A stretch of DNA of 64,000 nt from positions 1-64,000 of the IMG/VR virus record IMGVR_UViG_3300032316_000329; one strand, 5' to 3'. The notes beneath the pieces were generated by a model, which saw nothing but the letters and a program-made list of their open reading frames with translations, searched no databases and was not told where the DNA came from. Below are positions 1 through 8,870 of the stretch, piece after piece. Source of the stretch: a virus. Both the position numbers and the translations under genes were made by a program. Positions within the stretch are counted from its first letter, which is position 1. Each line of letters starts with the position of its first letter.

Positions 1-12
1 AAAGGAATAGTT

Positions 13-309
13 ATGAAAAAGTTTGTGATTGCTTCTGTTATGTTCCTTGGACTAACGGCACCTTCCTTTGCTTGGAATGATACATATCCCGTTCGGCGTC
101 CTGCGCCAGTTCCTCGTGATCGTGTAATTCCCCTTGCTGGTCCGTATAGCCCCATGCCTATGACCGGTGGGTGTGGTGTCATACCTTGTGGTTATGGTGG
201 TGTTGCTGGTGGTGTTGTTGGACCTGGAGTCGGATATGGTGTTGGTATTCCTGCGCAAGTTTATGATTCGGGTATCGGAATGCCCAATCCTTATGCACCT
301 ATGTTTTAA
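13..309 (+). CDS. Secreted Gly/Pro-rich hypothetical protein
   Basis: SD AAGGA upstream; signal peptide MKKFVIASVMFLGLTAPSFA. Confidence 0.75.
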   Translation: MKKFVIASVMFLGLTAPSFAWNDTYPVRRPAPVPRDRVIPLAGPYSPMPMTGGCGVIPCGYGGVAGGVVGPGVGYGVGIPAQVYDSGIGMPNPYAPMF

Positions 310-321
310 TAGGAGATTATT

Positions 322-672
322 ATGAATAAGTATATGCTAGGTATTCTTCTGGCTCTAGGTGTTTCATTTGCTTTCGCCAATACACCGACCAAAACCGAAC
401 CTAAAAAGGATGAAATTGTTTGTGTCGATAATACCGAACTAGATAAAACCATGGTTGAAAAGGGTTTTGATATTCTTTTTAATATGACAAACAATAATGG
501 TGTTGTTGAATCGGTTTGGTATGGTGGAAATTCAATCGTTATTACTGCGGCAGTCCCTAATGAAAAGAAAAGTTGTTTTCTTGCCGCAATGAGTAATGTA
601 ACATATAATCCTAAGGCTATTGAAGAGGTCTGGGAAACTTATAAGAAACAAACCAAACAAAAAGATATCTAA
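322..672 (+). CDS. Secreted/periplasmic hypothetical protein
   Basis: SD AGGAG; signal peptide ending AFA; two Cys. Confidence 0.75.
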   Translation: MNKYMLGILLALGVSFAFANTPTKTEPKKDEIVCVDNTELDKTMVEKGFDILFNMTNNNGVVESVWYGGNSIVITAAVPNEKKSCFLAAMSNVTYNPKAIEEVWETYKKQTKQKDI

Positions 673-695
673 AGTAGATTTTTTATGAGAAGTTT

Positions 696-703
696 ACTAA
701 ATA
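696..703 (+). promoter_or_regulatory. T4-type late promoter (ACTAAATA)
   Basis: Variant of TATAAATA. The same motif lies at 1464, 3682, 6798, 8825, 11042, 20294, 22764, 34742, 37368, 37670, 38813, 45844, 51706, 58353 and on the minus strand at 45379-45386, mostly just upstream of gene starts. Confidence 0.7.
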
Positions 704-709
704 AGTATT

Positions 710-871
710 CCAACTCGGCGGTCATATTACCGAGTTGGTTTTACCGTCTGACTGCGAATGTACCAGCAGGCGGTATTTAACTCACGCAACTACGCAGCCG
801 ACCCGGCAACAATCTTCCCCACAATTTAACCCTTGAACTCATATTGTGGACTTTTGTGCGTTTTTTTGCGT
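710..871 (+). ncRNA. Structured 5' leader / candidate ncRNA
   Basis: Stems 710-718/730-738, 742-750/767-775, 784-789/866-871, 792-796/857-861, 797-807 and 819-825/843-849 in a GC-richer intergenic gap. Confidence 0.5.
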
Positions 872-891
872 CTAAACAGAAAGGTACTAAT

Positions 892-1428
892 ATGAAGAAA
901 ATTATACTGGCAGCGATGGTTGCGGCTACTACATTTGCGATTAGTGGTGTAGCAGAAGCAAGATACCATCCAAGCAAGCATAATCGCTATTCATCAGACA
1001 ATTACGCAGTTGAGGATTCCGATCCACTTGCATCTGTTTTTGGTGGTGCGAATGAAGATTGGGGCGTCTCACCTCAACCACGTTTTAACAATAAGAGACA
1101 AGCCAAGGCGTTTCGTGAGGAGCAGGAAGACCATTGGGGTTTCGGTCATGCTTCAAACACCTTAGTCGCCCTCGGCTATGACTTACAGCGTAGAGGATTC
1201 CGTGTATCGGAACATCCGCATTTTGGTGGCGTGCATCATGTTCATGCCAACCATTCAGCACACTACGCTGGCCGTGCCATCGATATCAATGTGGGTCGTG
1301 GCGTGGTTGAAGCACGTTCTGGGTATGCAAATCGATTTGACCAACTTGCGGCCGAACTTAGGTCGGAGGGTTACACAGTTCTCTGGCGTGTAGCCGGTCA
1401 TTATAATCATATGCACGTTCAGCATTAA
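892..1428 (+). CDS. Secreted Zn peptidase, M15/LAS (D-Ala-D-Ala peptidase-like) fold
   Basis: Start at 892 after SD GAAAGG; signal peptide; SAHYAGRAIDI (Hx6D) and HYNHMHVQ (HxH) motifs. Confidence 0.7.
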   Translation: MKKIILAAMVAATTFAISGVAEARYHPSKHNRYSSDNYAVEDSDPLASVFGGANEDWGVSPQPRFNNKRQAKAFREEQEDHWGFGHASNTLVALGYDLQRRGFRVSEHPHFGGVHHVHANHSAHYAGRAIDINVGRGVVEARSGYANRFDQLAAELRSEGYTVLWRVAGHYNHMHVQH

Positions 1429-1434
1429 GTAGTG

Positions 1435-1464
1435 GGGCGGGGAGAAATCTCCGCCCTTTGTTTT
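1435..1464 (+). terminator. Intrinsic terminator
   Basis: GGGCGG..GAGA-AA-TCTCCGCCC hairpin followed by TTTGTTTT. Confidence 0.75.
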
Positions 1465-1476
1465 ATAAATACTGAT

Positions 1477-1680
1477 ATGAAATTAGAATTAGATACACTA
1501 TGGTCTAGAAGAAGAAAGATAGCAGATAAAAGACTTTCTATCTGTAAGACCTGTGAACATTATGAAGAAGATACCTCAAGATGTTTAGAATGTGGGTGTT
1601 ATATGCCCGCAAAAGCATTATGGCCGTATTCTAATTGCCCTATAGAAAAATGGAAATCGGAAGAGAACGAAAATGGATGA
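1477..1680 (+). CDS. Small Cys-rich metal-binding protein
   Basis: RLSICKTCEH...CLECGC...CPIEKW; ATG 5 nt after TATAAATA. Confidence 0.7.
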   Translation: MKLELDTLWSRRRKIADKRLSICKTCEHYEEDTSRCLECGCYMPAKALWPYSNCPIEKWKSEENENG

Positions 1681-2116
1681 AGTAGTAGAGAAAGCCAAGG
1701 TACTTTTAGGTAACATGTTTGTGTTTTATATGAAGGCACATTCATACCATTGGAACTATATTGGTCCAGAATTTCCTCAGTATCATGCCTTTTTTGGCGA
1801 TCTTTACGAGAGTGCCCACGATGAGATTGATGTGATTGCCGAGCATATCCGGCAAATGGATAGTTTTGCTCCAGGTTCTCTTGCTCGTTTAATTGAGTTA
1901 TCAGAGGTTAAAGAAGATCCACAAATTCCAAATACAAAGAAGATGTTTCAGAACCTATTAGATGCTAATGAAACTATATTGTCCTGCCTTGATGAATGTT
2001 ATAGATTATCCGGTGAACAGAAGGCATGGGGTTGGCAGAATTATGTTCAGGATCTTATTACTGCCCACCGTAAACACCGCTGGATGCTAAAAGCAACCCT
2101 CAACCAAAAAACTTGA
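1673..2116 (+). CDS. dps: Dps-family ferritin-like DNA protection protein
   Basis: KAHSYHWN..G..F...H..F..LYE...DVIAEHIR and KHRWML motifs. Confidence 0.9.
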   Translation: MDEVVEKAKVLLGNMFVFYMKAHSYHWNYIGPEFPQYHAFFGDLYESAHDEIDVIAEHIRQMDSFAPGSLARLIELSEVKEDPQIPNTKKMFQNLLDANETILSCLDECYRLSGEQKAWGWQNYVQDLITAHRKHRWMLKATLNQKT

Positions 2117-2141
2117 CTTCCTAACCTACCTTTGATATAAT
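2113..2141 (+). promoter_or_regulatory. Sigma70-type promoter (leaderless transcript)
   Basis: TTGACT-17-TATAAT, ATG at 2147. Confidence 0.75.
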
Positions 2142-2146
2142 GTATT

Positions 2147-2560
2147 ATGAAAAATGTGAATGTAGGAATCCTCAATACACTCGCTAAGTTTGCCGAGGCA
2201 AATGACGAAAGCAATATCCGTTTTGCTGCGGCGGTCGTGTATCGGAATAAGATTGTCTCCGTAGGATTCAATCATAATAAATCCCATCCTTTTCAGGCAA
2301 AGTTTGCCAAGAATGAAATGGCAATATTCCTTCATGCGGAAGTCCATGCTATCAAGAACGCCTTGAAAGAATTGACCGTCGAGGAATTGGCCAAGTGTGA
2401 CCTCTATATCACCAGAGTAAAGAAACCCAAATCACATTCTAAACATTTTGTATGGGGTATTGCTAAACCTTGTTGTGGTTGCCATCGGGCCATATCAGAG
2501 TTTGGTATCCGCAGAACCATATATACAACAGACGAAACTGGTCATTATGAGGTGCTATAA
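2147..2560 (+). CDS. Cytidine/dCMP deaminase-like Zn protein
   Basis: LHAEVHAI ... AKPCCGC deaminase motifs. Confidence 0.85.
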   Translation: MKNVNVGILNTLAKFAEANDESNIRFAAAVVYRNKIVSVGFNHNKSHPFQAKFAKNEMAIFLHAEVHAIKNALKELTVEELAKCDLYITRVKKPKSHSKHFVWGIAKPCCGCHRAISEFGIRRTIYTTDETGHYEVL

Positions 2561-2850
2561 TGAGTAATAAAGAGATACGCAGGTATAAATTAGATGATAC
2601 AAGTGATTTGGGATACACATCATATTGTCGTGTAGACCTACCCAAAGGCGCTAAGATAATTGATATATCATATGGTGCTGGTAACATATATCTACATACT
2701 ATCGCTAATCATCACAATAAGAAGAAAGAACGATGGTTTGCTATCTTCACTGAAGGTAATCCAATGGAAGATTATGAAAAGAAAACTTGTGAGTATATCG
2801 GTATGACTAACTCTGTTCCTAATTATTATGTCTTTGAGGTACATGACTAA
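2560..2850 (+). CDS. Hypothetical protein
   Basis: Translationally coupled ORF (TAATG overlaps at both ends). Confidence 0.65.
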   Translation: MSNKEIRRYKLDDTSDLGYTSYCRVDLPKGAKIIDISYGAGNIYLHTIANHHNKKKERWFAIFTEGNPMEDYEKKTCEYIGMTNSVPNYYVFEVHD

Positions 2851-3686
2851 TGAGTAGATTGAAAACACCTTTACGATATCCTGGCGGTAAGAGTAAGGCA
2901 ACCACTAAAATGGCACCTTACTTTCCTCTTAAGAACAATGTTAAACATTATAGAGAACCGTTCCTTGGGGGCGGTTCTGTTGCATTATGGATGAACCAGA
3001 ACTATGACCTTGAGAGTGTGTGGGTGAATGACCTTTACTGGCCTCTCTATAATTTCTGGATTCATTTAAGAGACCACGGTGAAACTCTTTCAAATGCTCT
3101 ATATGAAACCAAAAAGAACTATGATACAGTGGATAAATGTAGAGAACTATTTGAGGTTTCTAAAAAAGAACTGAGTGATAAAGATGCCACCAACATAGAA
3201 AAGGCAATAAACTTTTGGATCGTCAATAAGTGTTCCTTCTCTGGTCTCACCGAATCCTCTTCATTCTCGGCGGCCGCATCACAAGGTAACTTCACTCTTA
3301 AAGGTATCACAGACCTTAAAGAATATTCTAAACTTATTAAAAACTGGAAGATTACAAATGTATCCTATGAAAAACTCCTCGAAGAACAATCAGACGACAC
3401 CTTCATCTATCTCGACCCTCCTTATGAAATCAGTTCCAACCTATACGGCCGAAAAGGTGCTATGCATAAAGGTTTTGGCCACGATTTGTTTGCTCAACAT
3501 TGCCGGGATGCTTCTGTTATGGTCAATATGGCCATATCTTACAATGCCGACCAGTCAGTGAAAGATAGGTTTCCAGATTGGGAGCAGCATGAGTTTCCAC
3601 TAACATATACAATGCGGTCTAACTCGGCCAACTATCGTAAGAACCAACCGAAGCGACTGGAATTGCTGCTTACCAATTATGACTAA
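2850..3686 (+). CDS. dam: DNA adenine methyltransferase (Dam/D12 class)
   Basis: PLRYPGGKS, EPFLGGGS, YLDPPY. Confidence 0.9.
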   Translation: MSRLKTPLRYPGGKSKATTKMAPYFPLKNNVKHYREPFLGGGSVALWMNQNYDLESVWVNDLYWPLYNFWIHLRDHGETLSNALYETKKNYDTVDKCRELFEVSKKELSDKDATNIEKAINFWIVNKCSFSGLTESSSFSAAASQGNFTLKGITDLKEYSKLIKNWKITNVSYEKLLEEQSDDTFIYLDPPYEISSNLYGRKGAMHKGFGHDLFAQHCRDASVMVNMAISYNADQSVKDRFPDWEQHEFPLTYTMRSNSANYRKNQPKRLELLLTNYD

Positions 3687-3713
3687 ATATGGAGTAAAAC
3701 TAATAGGACTGGT

Positions 3714-4835
3714 ATGGCAAAACAACCTGAAATAAAGTATCTTACAGGTGGTGAACAAACTACTGTAAATTCCACCATCACCGAACTATTTCCATGTCTC
3801 GCTTTTAATAGTGGTGCCAGACCAAAAAGTTGGCAAGAAATGGAATCGTTTATTAAAGGTGTAAATCTAAAAGGTAAAAGAACTGAAAAAACATTTGTGA
3901 ATAATAGCAATGCCAAGGCAGCAGAAACATTTATTAAAAAGTTGGATTTAATTCGACCTAAAATGAAGGAAGAAAAACTAAAAAATGCCTGTGCTATCAC
4001 CGATTATCTCTATGACTTGAATAAAAAAAGGGCAATATCCTATGTTGTATGGGGTTATAGAGAGAAACCAAAAGGTGTTCCTGCCGGCCATGCTGGTGAT
4101 ATATTTGTATTCTTCACAGACAAAGCAAGTCCTGCCATATTGGGCGTATCATTAAAGGCAGGTTCGGAATCATCAAAAGAACCTAAATTAAATAGTTATG
4201 TAAAAACAACTCTAATGAAGCCTATTTGGAAAAAAGCGGCGCCCAACGCTTTAGATGAATTAAAAAACGAATTATGGGTTAATGTTTATTCTAAAATACC
4301 TAAACTACCTAAGATGGTAAATAAAGATAATTATTATACAACCGTTGGAACAAAAGAAGCATTAAGGGTTCATCCCGCTTTGATTGAGGCTCTTATTGAG
4401 TTTTTTGAAAGCAACCCTAAAAAGTTTGATGAATTATATGGTGTTATGAACCGTTTATGCCGACAAAAAATGGCTAGTGTTATCAACAAAAACTTTGACA
4501 CCACAAAAAAATGGATTAGAGAAGAGTTTAGACTTGAAAGCGGTGATAGTAAGAAAGTAGAATGTCCTTTAGTCCTTGTAAAGGCAATAGGGCAGAAATA
4601 TGATATAAATGAAGATAAACTCGCCTCATTCATAAGATTGGCTACATCTGCCAAGGCATATCTGAAAGAGGATTCGGTACAAGAATGGTTTATTGATCTT
4701 ACCAATAATAAGAAAGAAAAGATTACATTATTAATGACTATTCGATCCGATTCAGAATTTCGTAGGTCAAAACCAAAAGGTAAGTTAGGAACATTTGTTG
4801 GTCTCAAACTTTTGTATAGAGGTGTTAAAAAGTAA
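3714..4835 (+). CDS. Putative PD-(D/E)xK nuclease-fold protein
   Basis: AGDIFV...ILGVSLKAG motif; late promoter at 3682. Confidence 0.5.
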   Translation: MAKQPEIKYLTGGEQTTVNSTITELFPCLAFNSGARPKSWQEMESFIKGVNLKGKRTEKTFVNNSNAKAAETFIKKLDLIRPKMKEEKLKNACAITDYLYDLNKKRAISYVVWGYREKPKGVPAGHAGDIFVFFTDKASPAILGVSLKAGSESSKEPKLNSYVKTTLMKPIWKKAAPNALDELKNELWVNVYSKIPKLPKMVNKDNYYTTVGTKEALRVHPALIEALIEFFESNPKKFDELYGVMNRLCRQKMASVINKNFDTTKKWIREEFRLESGDSKKVECPLVLVKAIGQKYDINEDKLASFIRLATSAKAYLKEDSVQEWFIDLTNNKKEKITLLMTIRSDSEFRRSKPKGKLGTFVGLKLLYRGVKK

Positions 4836-6076
4836 TGCTTAAATTCAAACAACACCTAACCGAGTCTGCCGCAGAGAAAGATCGTCACCTCACACATATC
4901 GAGGATGCCGTTCTTGAAGGTGGTGTTGCTGGCACTCGCAATGCTATACAGTTTTTAATCTCGTTAAGAGATATGTTTGCCGATGATGGCAAAACACTAA
5001 AAGAGGCCCGTGGTGGTCTTATTCTTAGAACTAAGTTCGATGGTGCACCGGCACTCTATGCCGGTATCAATCCTGAAAACGGAAAGTTCTTCGTAGGTTC
5101 TAAATCAATATTTGCCAAGAATGCCAAACTTAACTACACCGTTGCTGATATTCGGAGTAATCATAGCGGTGGTTTGGCAGAAAAGTTAGAGACTGCGTTG
5201 AAATACCTACCAGAACTAGGTATTACTGATATCATTCATGGTGATTTTATGTATTCACGAAATGAACTAAAATCGGAAACCATAGATGGTAAAAAATATA
5301 TCACGTTTCGCCCTAACACGATCACGTATGCTGTTCCGGAAGGTACGACACTCTCTCGCCAGGTACTTTCTTCTCGAATGGGAATTGTTTTTCACACTAC
5401 TTATCACGGTTCCTCTATGTCTACTCTCCAAACTCATTTCGATGTTAACATAGGGAAATTAAGACCATCTAAGAATGTTTGGTATCGTGAGAACAAGTTT
5501 ATGGATGTTACTGGTCGTGCCACGTTAACAAAATCTGAGAACGATAGACTATCCAGTATTCTCACACAGGCCGGTGGTTTGTTTAGAACCATCCCTGCTT
5601 CTCTATTAAATCAACTCGCAACAAATGAAACATACCGTGTGCCTATTATGACCTATATGAACCAGAAGGTTCGTGCTGGTCAGCATATGGGACCAAACTT
5701 TGTTAATGAGGTTATGAATTTCATTGCGGATAAATACAACAAATCTATTAATGATGCCAAACGTCCTGATACCAAAGCCAATCGTAAAAGAGAAAAAGAT
5801 GCGATTATGCGTTGGTTTCATCAGAACAGGGTCGGACTAAAAAGCATTTTCGAGTTGCAGAACCTTTTCATTGATGCCAAAACTATGTTGATTCGTAAGT
5901 TTAATCAGGTTAACGATATTGGTACCTTTATTCATACACCTGAAGGTGGTTTTAGAGTAACTACACCAGAAGGATATGTTGCTGCTTGGAGTTCTGGTGG
6001 TGATGCTGTTAAATTGGTAGACCGTATGGAATTTTCAAGAACAAACTTCCTCGCCACAAAGAACTGGGGAAAATGA
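4835..6076 (+). CDS. Ligase-like covalent nucleotidyltransferase with capsid-targeting-like N-terminus
   Basis: TKFDGAP (motif I KxDG), IIHGDFM, PEGYV, AVKLV; N-terminus MLKFKQHLTE. Confidence 0.6.
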   Translation: MLKFKQHLTESAAEKDRHLTHIEDAVLEGGVAGTRNAIQFLISLRDMFADDGKTLKEARGGLILRTKFDGAPALYAGINPENGKFFVGSKSIFAKNAKLNYTVADIRSNHSGGLAEKLETALKYLPELGITDIIHGDFMYSRNELKSETIDGKKYITFRPNTITYAVPEGTTLSRQVLSSRMGIVFHTTYHGSSMSTLQTHFDVNIGKLRPSKNVWYRENKFMDVTGRATLTKSENDRLSSILTQAGGLFRTIPASLLNQLATNETYRVPIMTYMNQKVRAGQHMGPNFVNEVMNFIADKYNKSINDAKRPDTKANRKREKDAIMRWFHQNRVGLKSIFELQNLFIDAKTMLIRKFNQVNDIGTFIHTPEGGFRVTTPEGYVAAWSSGGDAVKLVDRMEFSRTNFLATKNWGK

Positions 6077-6687
6077 AATCATTCTTAGAATATATAAATG
6101 AATCAAAAGCAAATATAACACTCAATATTTTTGATATTGATGATACCTTGTTTATGTCTACTGCTAGAACCGCCGTTGTAAAAGATGGTAAAGTTCTTCG
6201 TAAACTAGACACCAGAGAATTACTTCATTATAAATTAAAACCAGGTGAAAAGTTTGACTATGGTGAGTTCCGTTCTGGTAAACATTTCTATGATACTGCT
6301 ACACCTATTGAGAAGATGATTAGACGGGCACAGCAAACGGTTCATAATGAAACAAACTCTAAAACCATTATCATCACCGCTAGGTCCGATTTGAAAGACA
6401 AAGACCTGTTTCTAAAAAAGTTTAGAGAACATGGATTCCCTATCGACCAGGTACATGTCGAACGGGCAGGTAATGTAAAGAGTAAAGGCACCAACTCACC
6501 TCTTTCAAAAGGTGTAGTTATTCGTAAATATATCGCAAGCGGACTATATAAAAGAATAAGAATGTGGGATGACCATCCTGGCAATCTAAGTCTATTGCTT
6601 AAACTGGCCAAGTTACATCCAGAGATTTCGTTTGAAGCATATTTAGTAGATTCAGAAAAAGGCACATCAACGAGGTTTACGGGATGA
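6073..6687 (+). CDS. HAD-superfamily phosphatase with capsid-targeting-like N-terminus
   Basis: FDIDDTL, IITARS, MWDDHPGNL; N-terminus MKSFLEYINE. Confidence 0.75.
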   Translation: MKSFLEYINESKANITLNIFDIDDTLFMSTARTAVVKDGKVLRKLDTRELLHYKLKPGEKFDYGEFRSGKHFYDTATPIEKMIRRAQQTVHNETNSKTIIITARSDLKDKDLFLKKFREHGFPIDQVHVERAGNVKSKGTNSPLSKGVVIRKYIASGLYKRIRMWDDHPGNLSLLLKLAKLHPEISFEAYLVDSEKGTSTRFTG

Positions 6688-6806
6688 CAAAGATTAAAGA
6701 AGATTGCGGTTGCGAGACGGGTCATCCCGAAACAAAACCAATGCCTATCGTTAAGACAATTAAAAAGATTGTTAAAAAGGTAAGAGAAAAGAAAAAGTAT
6801 AAATAA
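6684..6806 (+). CDS. 40-aa basic peptide MTKIKEDCGCETGH...
   Basis: ATGA overlap with upstream gene, SD GAGG; below ORF-track cutoff. Confidence 0.55.
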   Translation: MTKIKEDCGCETGHPETKPMPIVKTIKKIVKKVREKKKYK

Positions 6807-6832
6807 CAATATAATCCTGTAGAGGGAAAGAT

Positions 6833-8833
6833 ATGAAAAAAATAGTATTCACATTCGGCCGATATAATCCGCCTACCACAGGCCACGCAGAATTAATTAC
6901 ATATGCGGTAAAACTGGCACAGAAAAAAGGTGCCGAGCATCGTATCTATACTTCCCAATCACACGATCCTTCCAAGAATCCATTGGCACCAAAACAGAAG
7001 ATGGCGTTTCTTCGCCAGATTTTCCCTGGTGTAAACTTTGTGGATGATCCATCTATGAAAACAGCATTTGCTATTGCCAAGAAACTAGCAGATCAAGGTT
7101 ATGAAGATGTTACATTTGTTGTTGGTGATGATCGTGTAAGAGAGTTTACTATACAACTTGGTAAATATGTAAAACCAAGAACAGACAAAGATTTTGATCC
7201 TAAGAAGCATTATCCATTTAAACATTTTCAGGTTGTTTCATCTGGTGCTCGTAAAAAAGGTATTTCAGGTACAGACCTGCGCGCCGCTGTCCGTAGAGGT
7301 GACTTCGCTACATTTGCCAAAGCATCTGCTGCCAGGGATAAATCACTAGTAAGACAGATTTTCTCCGCTACAAAGGCACAACTAAAAGAACAAGCACTAA
7401 ATGAAGATATGACACGCAAGGAATTTGATGGTCATCTAAAGTCATTCATGAAGTTTACCGCTGACAAACTTGGTTTTGATGAAATGCCAGAGGTCATCTA
7501 TAAAGAACCAGACGACCATGGTGACCAACCATCTTTTGGTGGTTATGCACCTGGTGAAAAGAAACTTGTTGTTATGACTAAAAACCGCCATCCGATGGAT
7601 ATCTTTAGAACCGTAGCACATGAGTTAGTTCACCATAAACAGAACCTTGACGGTCGTTTAGGAAAAGATATCGCACATGAAGGTTCAACTGGTTCCGATA
7701 TTGAGAACGAGGCCAACTCTGAAGCAGGTAAGGTAATGCGTTGGTTTGGTAAGTCCAACCCAGATATGTTTGGTAAGTCATTCGTTATTGAAGGCTATGC
7801 CATTCTATTGGGCGGTGTACCAGGTTCCGGTAAAGATAAGGTTCTCAAAGAGGCTATTTTACCACACGGTTTCAAGGAAGTATCACAAGAAAACTTTAAA
7901 CTTGATGAATGTACCGGTGAAAATCTCGTTGTAAACGGTACCATGTCAGGTTATGAACAAACCAGACAAATCAAAGATATTCTAGAATCCGCTGGTTATA
8001 AAACCATGATGGTCTTTGTTAATACATCAGACGAAGTTTCAAAACAGAGAAATGAATCCCGTGCCACTAAGGGTGGCCGAGTTATTGCTGAAAATGTCCG
8101 CTTCTCAAAGTGGCAGTCGGCACAAATCAATTTAGAAAAGTATGATAGACTATTTGAAAAAGTCATTGAGGTCAAGAATGATTTTGATGTAAATGACATT
8201 GCAGATACTTGGTCAAAACTTATGGAATCAGTATCAAAGGAAATTGTAGAGTTTACACTATCCGATGCCGACCGTAATTTTGAACAAATGCTAAACGAGG
8301 TCGGTGGTGCTGGTAATTGGGGCACACCTAAACTTACACACCGCTACCAGAAAGACACACCAGGTCAAACAATTGGGTTTAGACCTATGAAAGTATTGAG
8401 ATTTAAGAATAAGATGAAAAATGAACAGAAGAACCAAAGTAAAGGTCCTTCACCAAGTTTACAAATCAGTGCTGATAGAATAGGCCAAGAAATAGGATTC
8501 GCAAAGAGTCCAGGTTTCGGCACACCATTTGATGACTTTAGTGTGGGTATTAGTCCATCCGTTATTAACGATCCAATAGGTCGTTGGATGGTCAAAGAAG
8601 AAACTAAAAGAAGATTTAAAGAGAAATATGGAAAGTTGGCCGAACAAAAGATTAGGGAAACGGCCGAGAGATTAAAGAAAGCACAATATGAAAGTCTAGT
8701 GGATCCATATGCAGGTGGTGGTCAAGGCGCTACACCTAACTCCGGTAATGTAGAAGATATAAGACCGGATATAAATGCAGAAGATGAAAAAACTAGTCTA
8801 TTCAGAAAAAGAAAACATAAATATACTAAATAA
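6833..8833 (+). CDS. Multidomain protein: cytidyltransferase-like + HEXXH peptidase + P-loop kinase
   Basis: FTFGRYNPPTTGH and ISGTDLR (CTP_transf-like); AHELVHHKQ; GGVPGSGKD..NGT..RNESR. Confidence 0.8.
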   Translation: MKKIVFTFGRYNPPTTGHAELITYAVKLAQKKGAEHRIYTSQSHDPSKNPLAPKQKMAFLRQIFPGVNFVDDPSMKTAFAIAKKLADQGYEDVTFVVGDDRVREFTIQLGKYVKPRTDKDFDPKKHYPFKHFQVVSSGARKKGISGTDLRAAVRRGDFATFAKASAARDKSLVRQIFSATKAQLKEQALNEDMTRKEFDGHLKSFMKFTADKLGFDEMPEVIYKEPDDHGDQPSFGGYAPGEKKLVVMTKNRHPMDIFRTVAHELVHHKQNLDGRLGKDIAHEGSTGSDIENEANSEAGKVMRWFGKSNPDMFGKSFVIEGYAILLGGVPGSGKDKVLKEAILPHGFKEVSQENFKLDECTGENLVVNGTMSGYEQTRQIKDILESAGYKTMMVFVNTSDEVSKQRNESRATKGGRVIAENVRFSKWQSAQINLEKYDRLFEKVIEVKNDFDVNDIADTWSKLMESVSKEIVEFTLSDADRNFEQMLNEVGGAGNWGTPKLTHRYQKDTPGQTIGFRPMKVLRFKNKMKNEQKNQSKGPSPSLQISADRIGQEIGFAKSPGFGTPFDDFSVGISPSVINDPIGRWMVKEETKRRFKEKYGKLAEQKIRETAERLKKAQYESLVDPYAGGGQGATPNSGNVEDIRPDINAEDEKTSLFRKRKHKYTK

Positions 8834-8870
8834 TAATATATAATTATCATTAATTTAAAAGGGAACCAAA

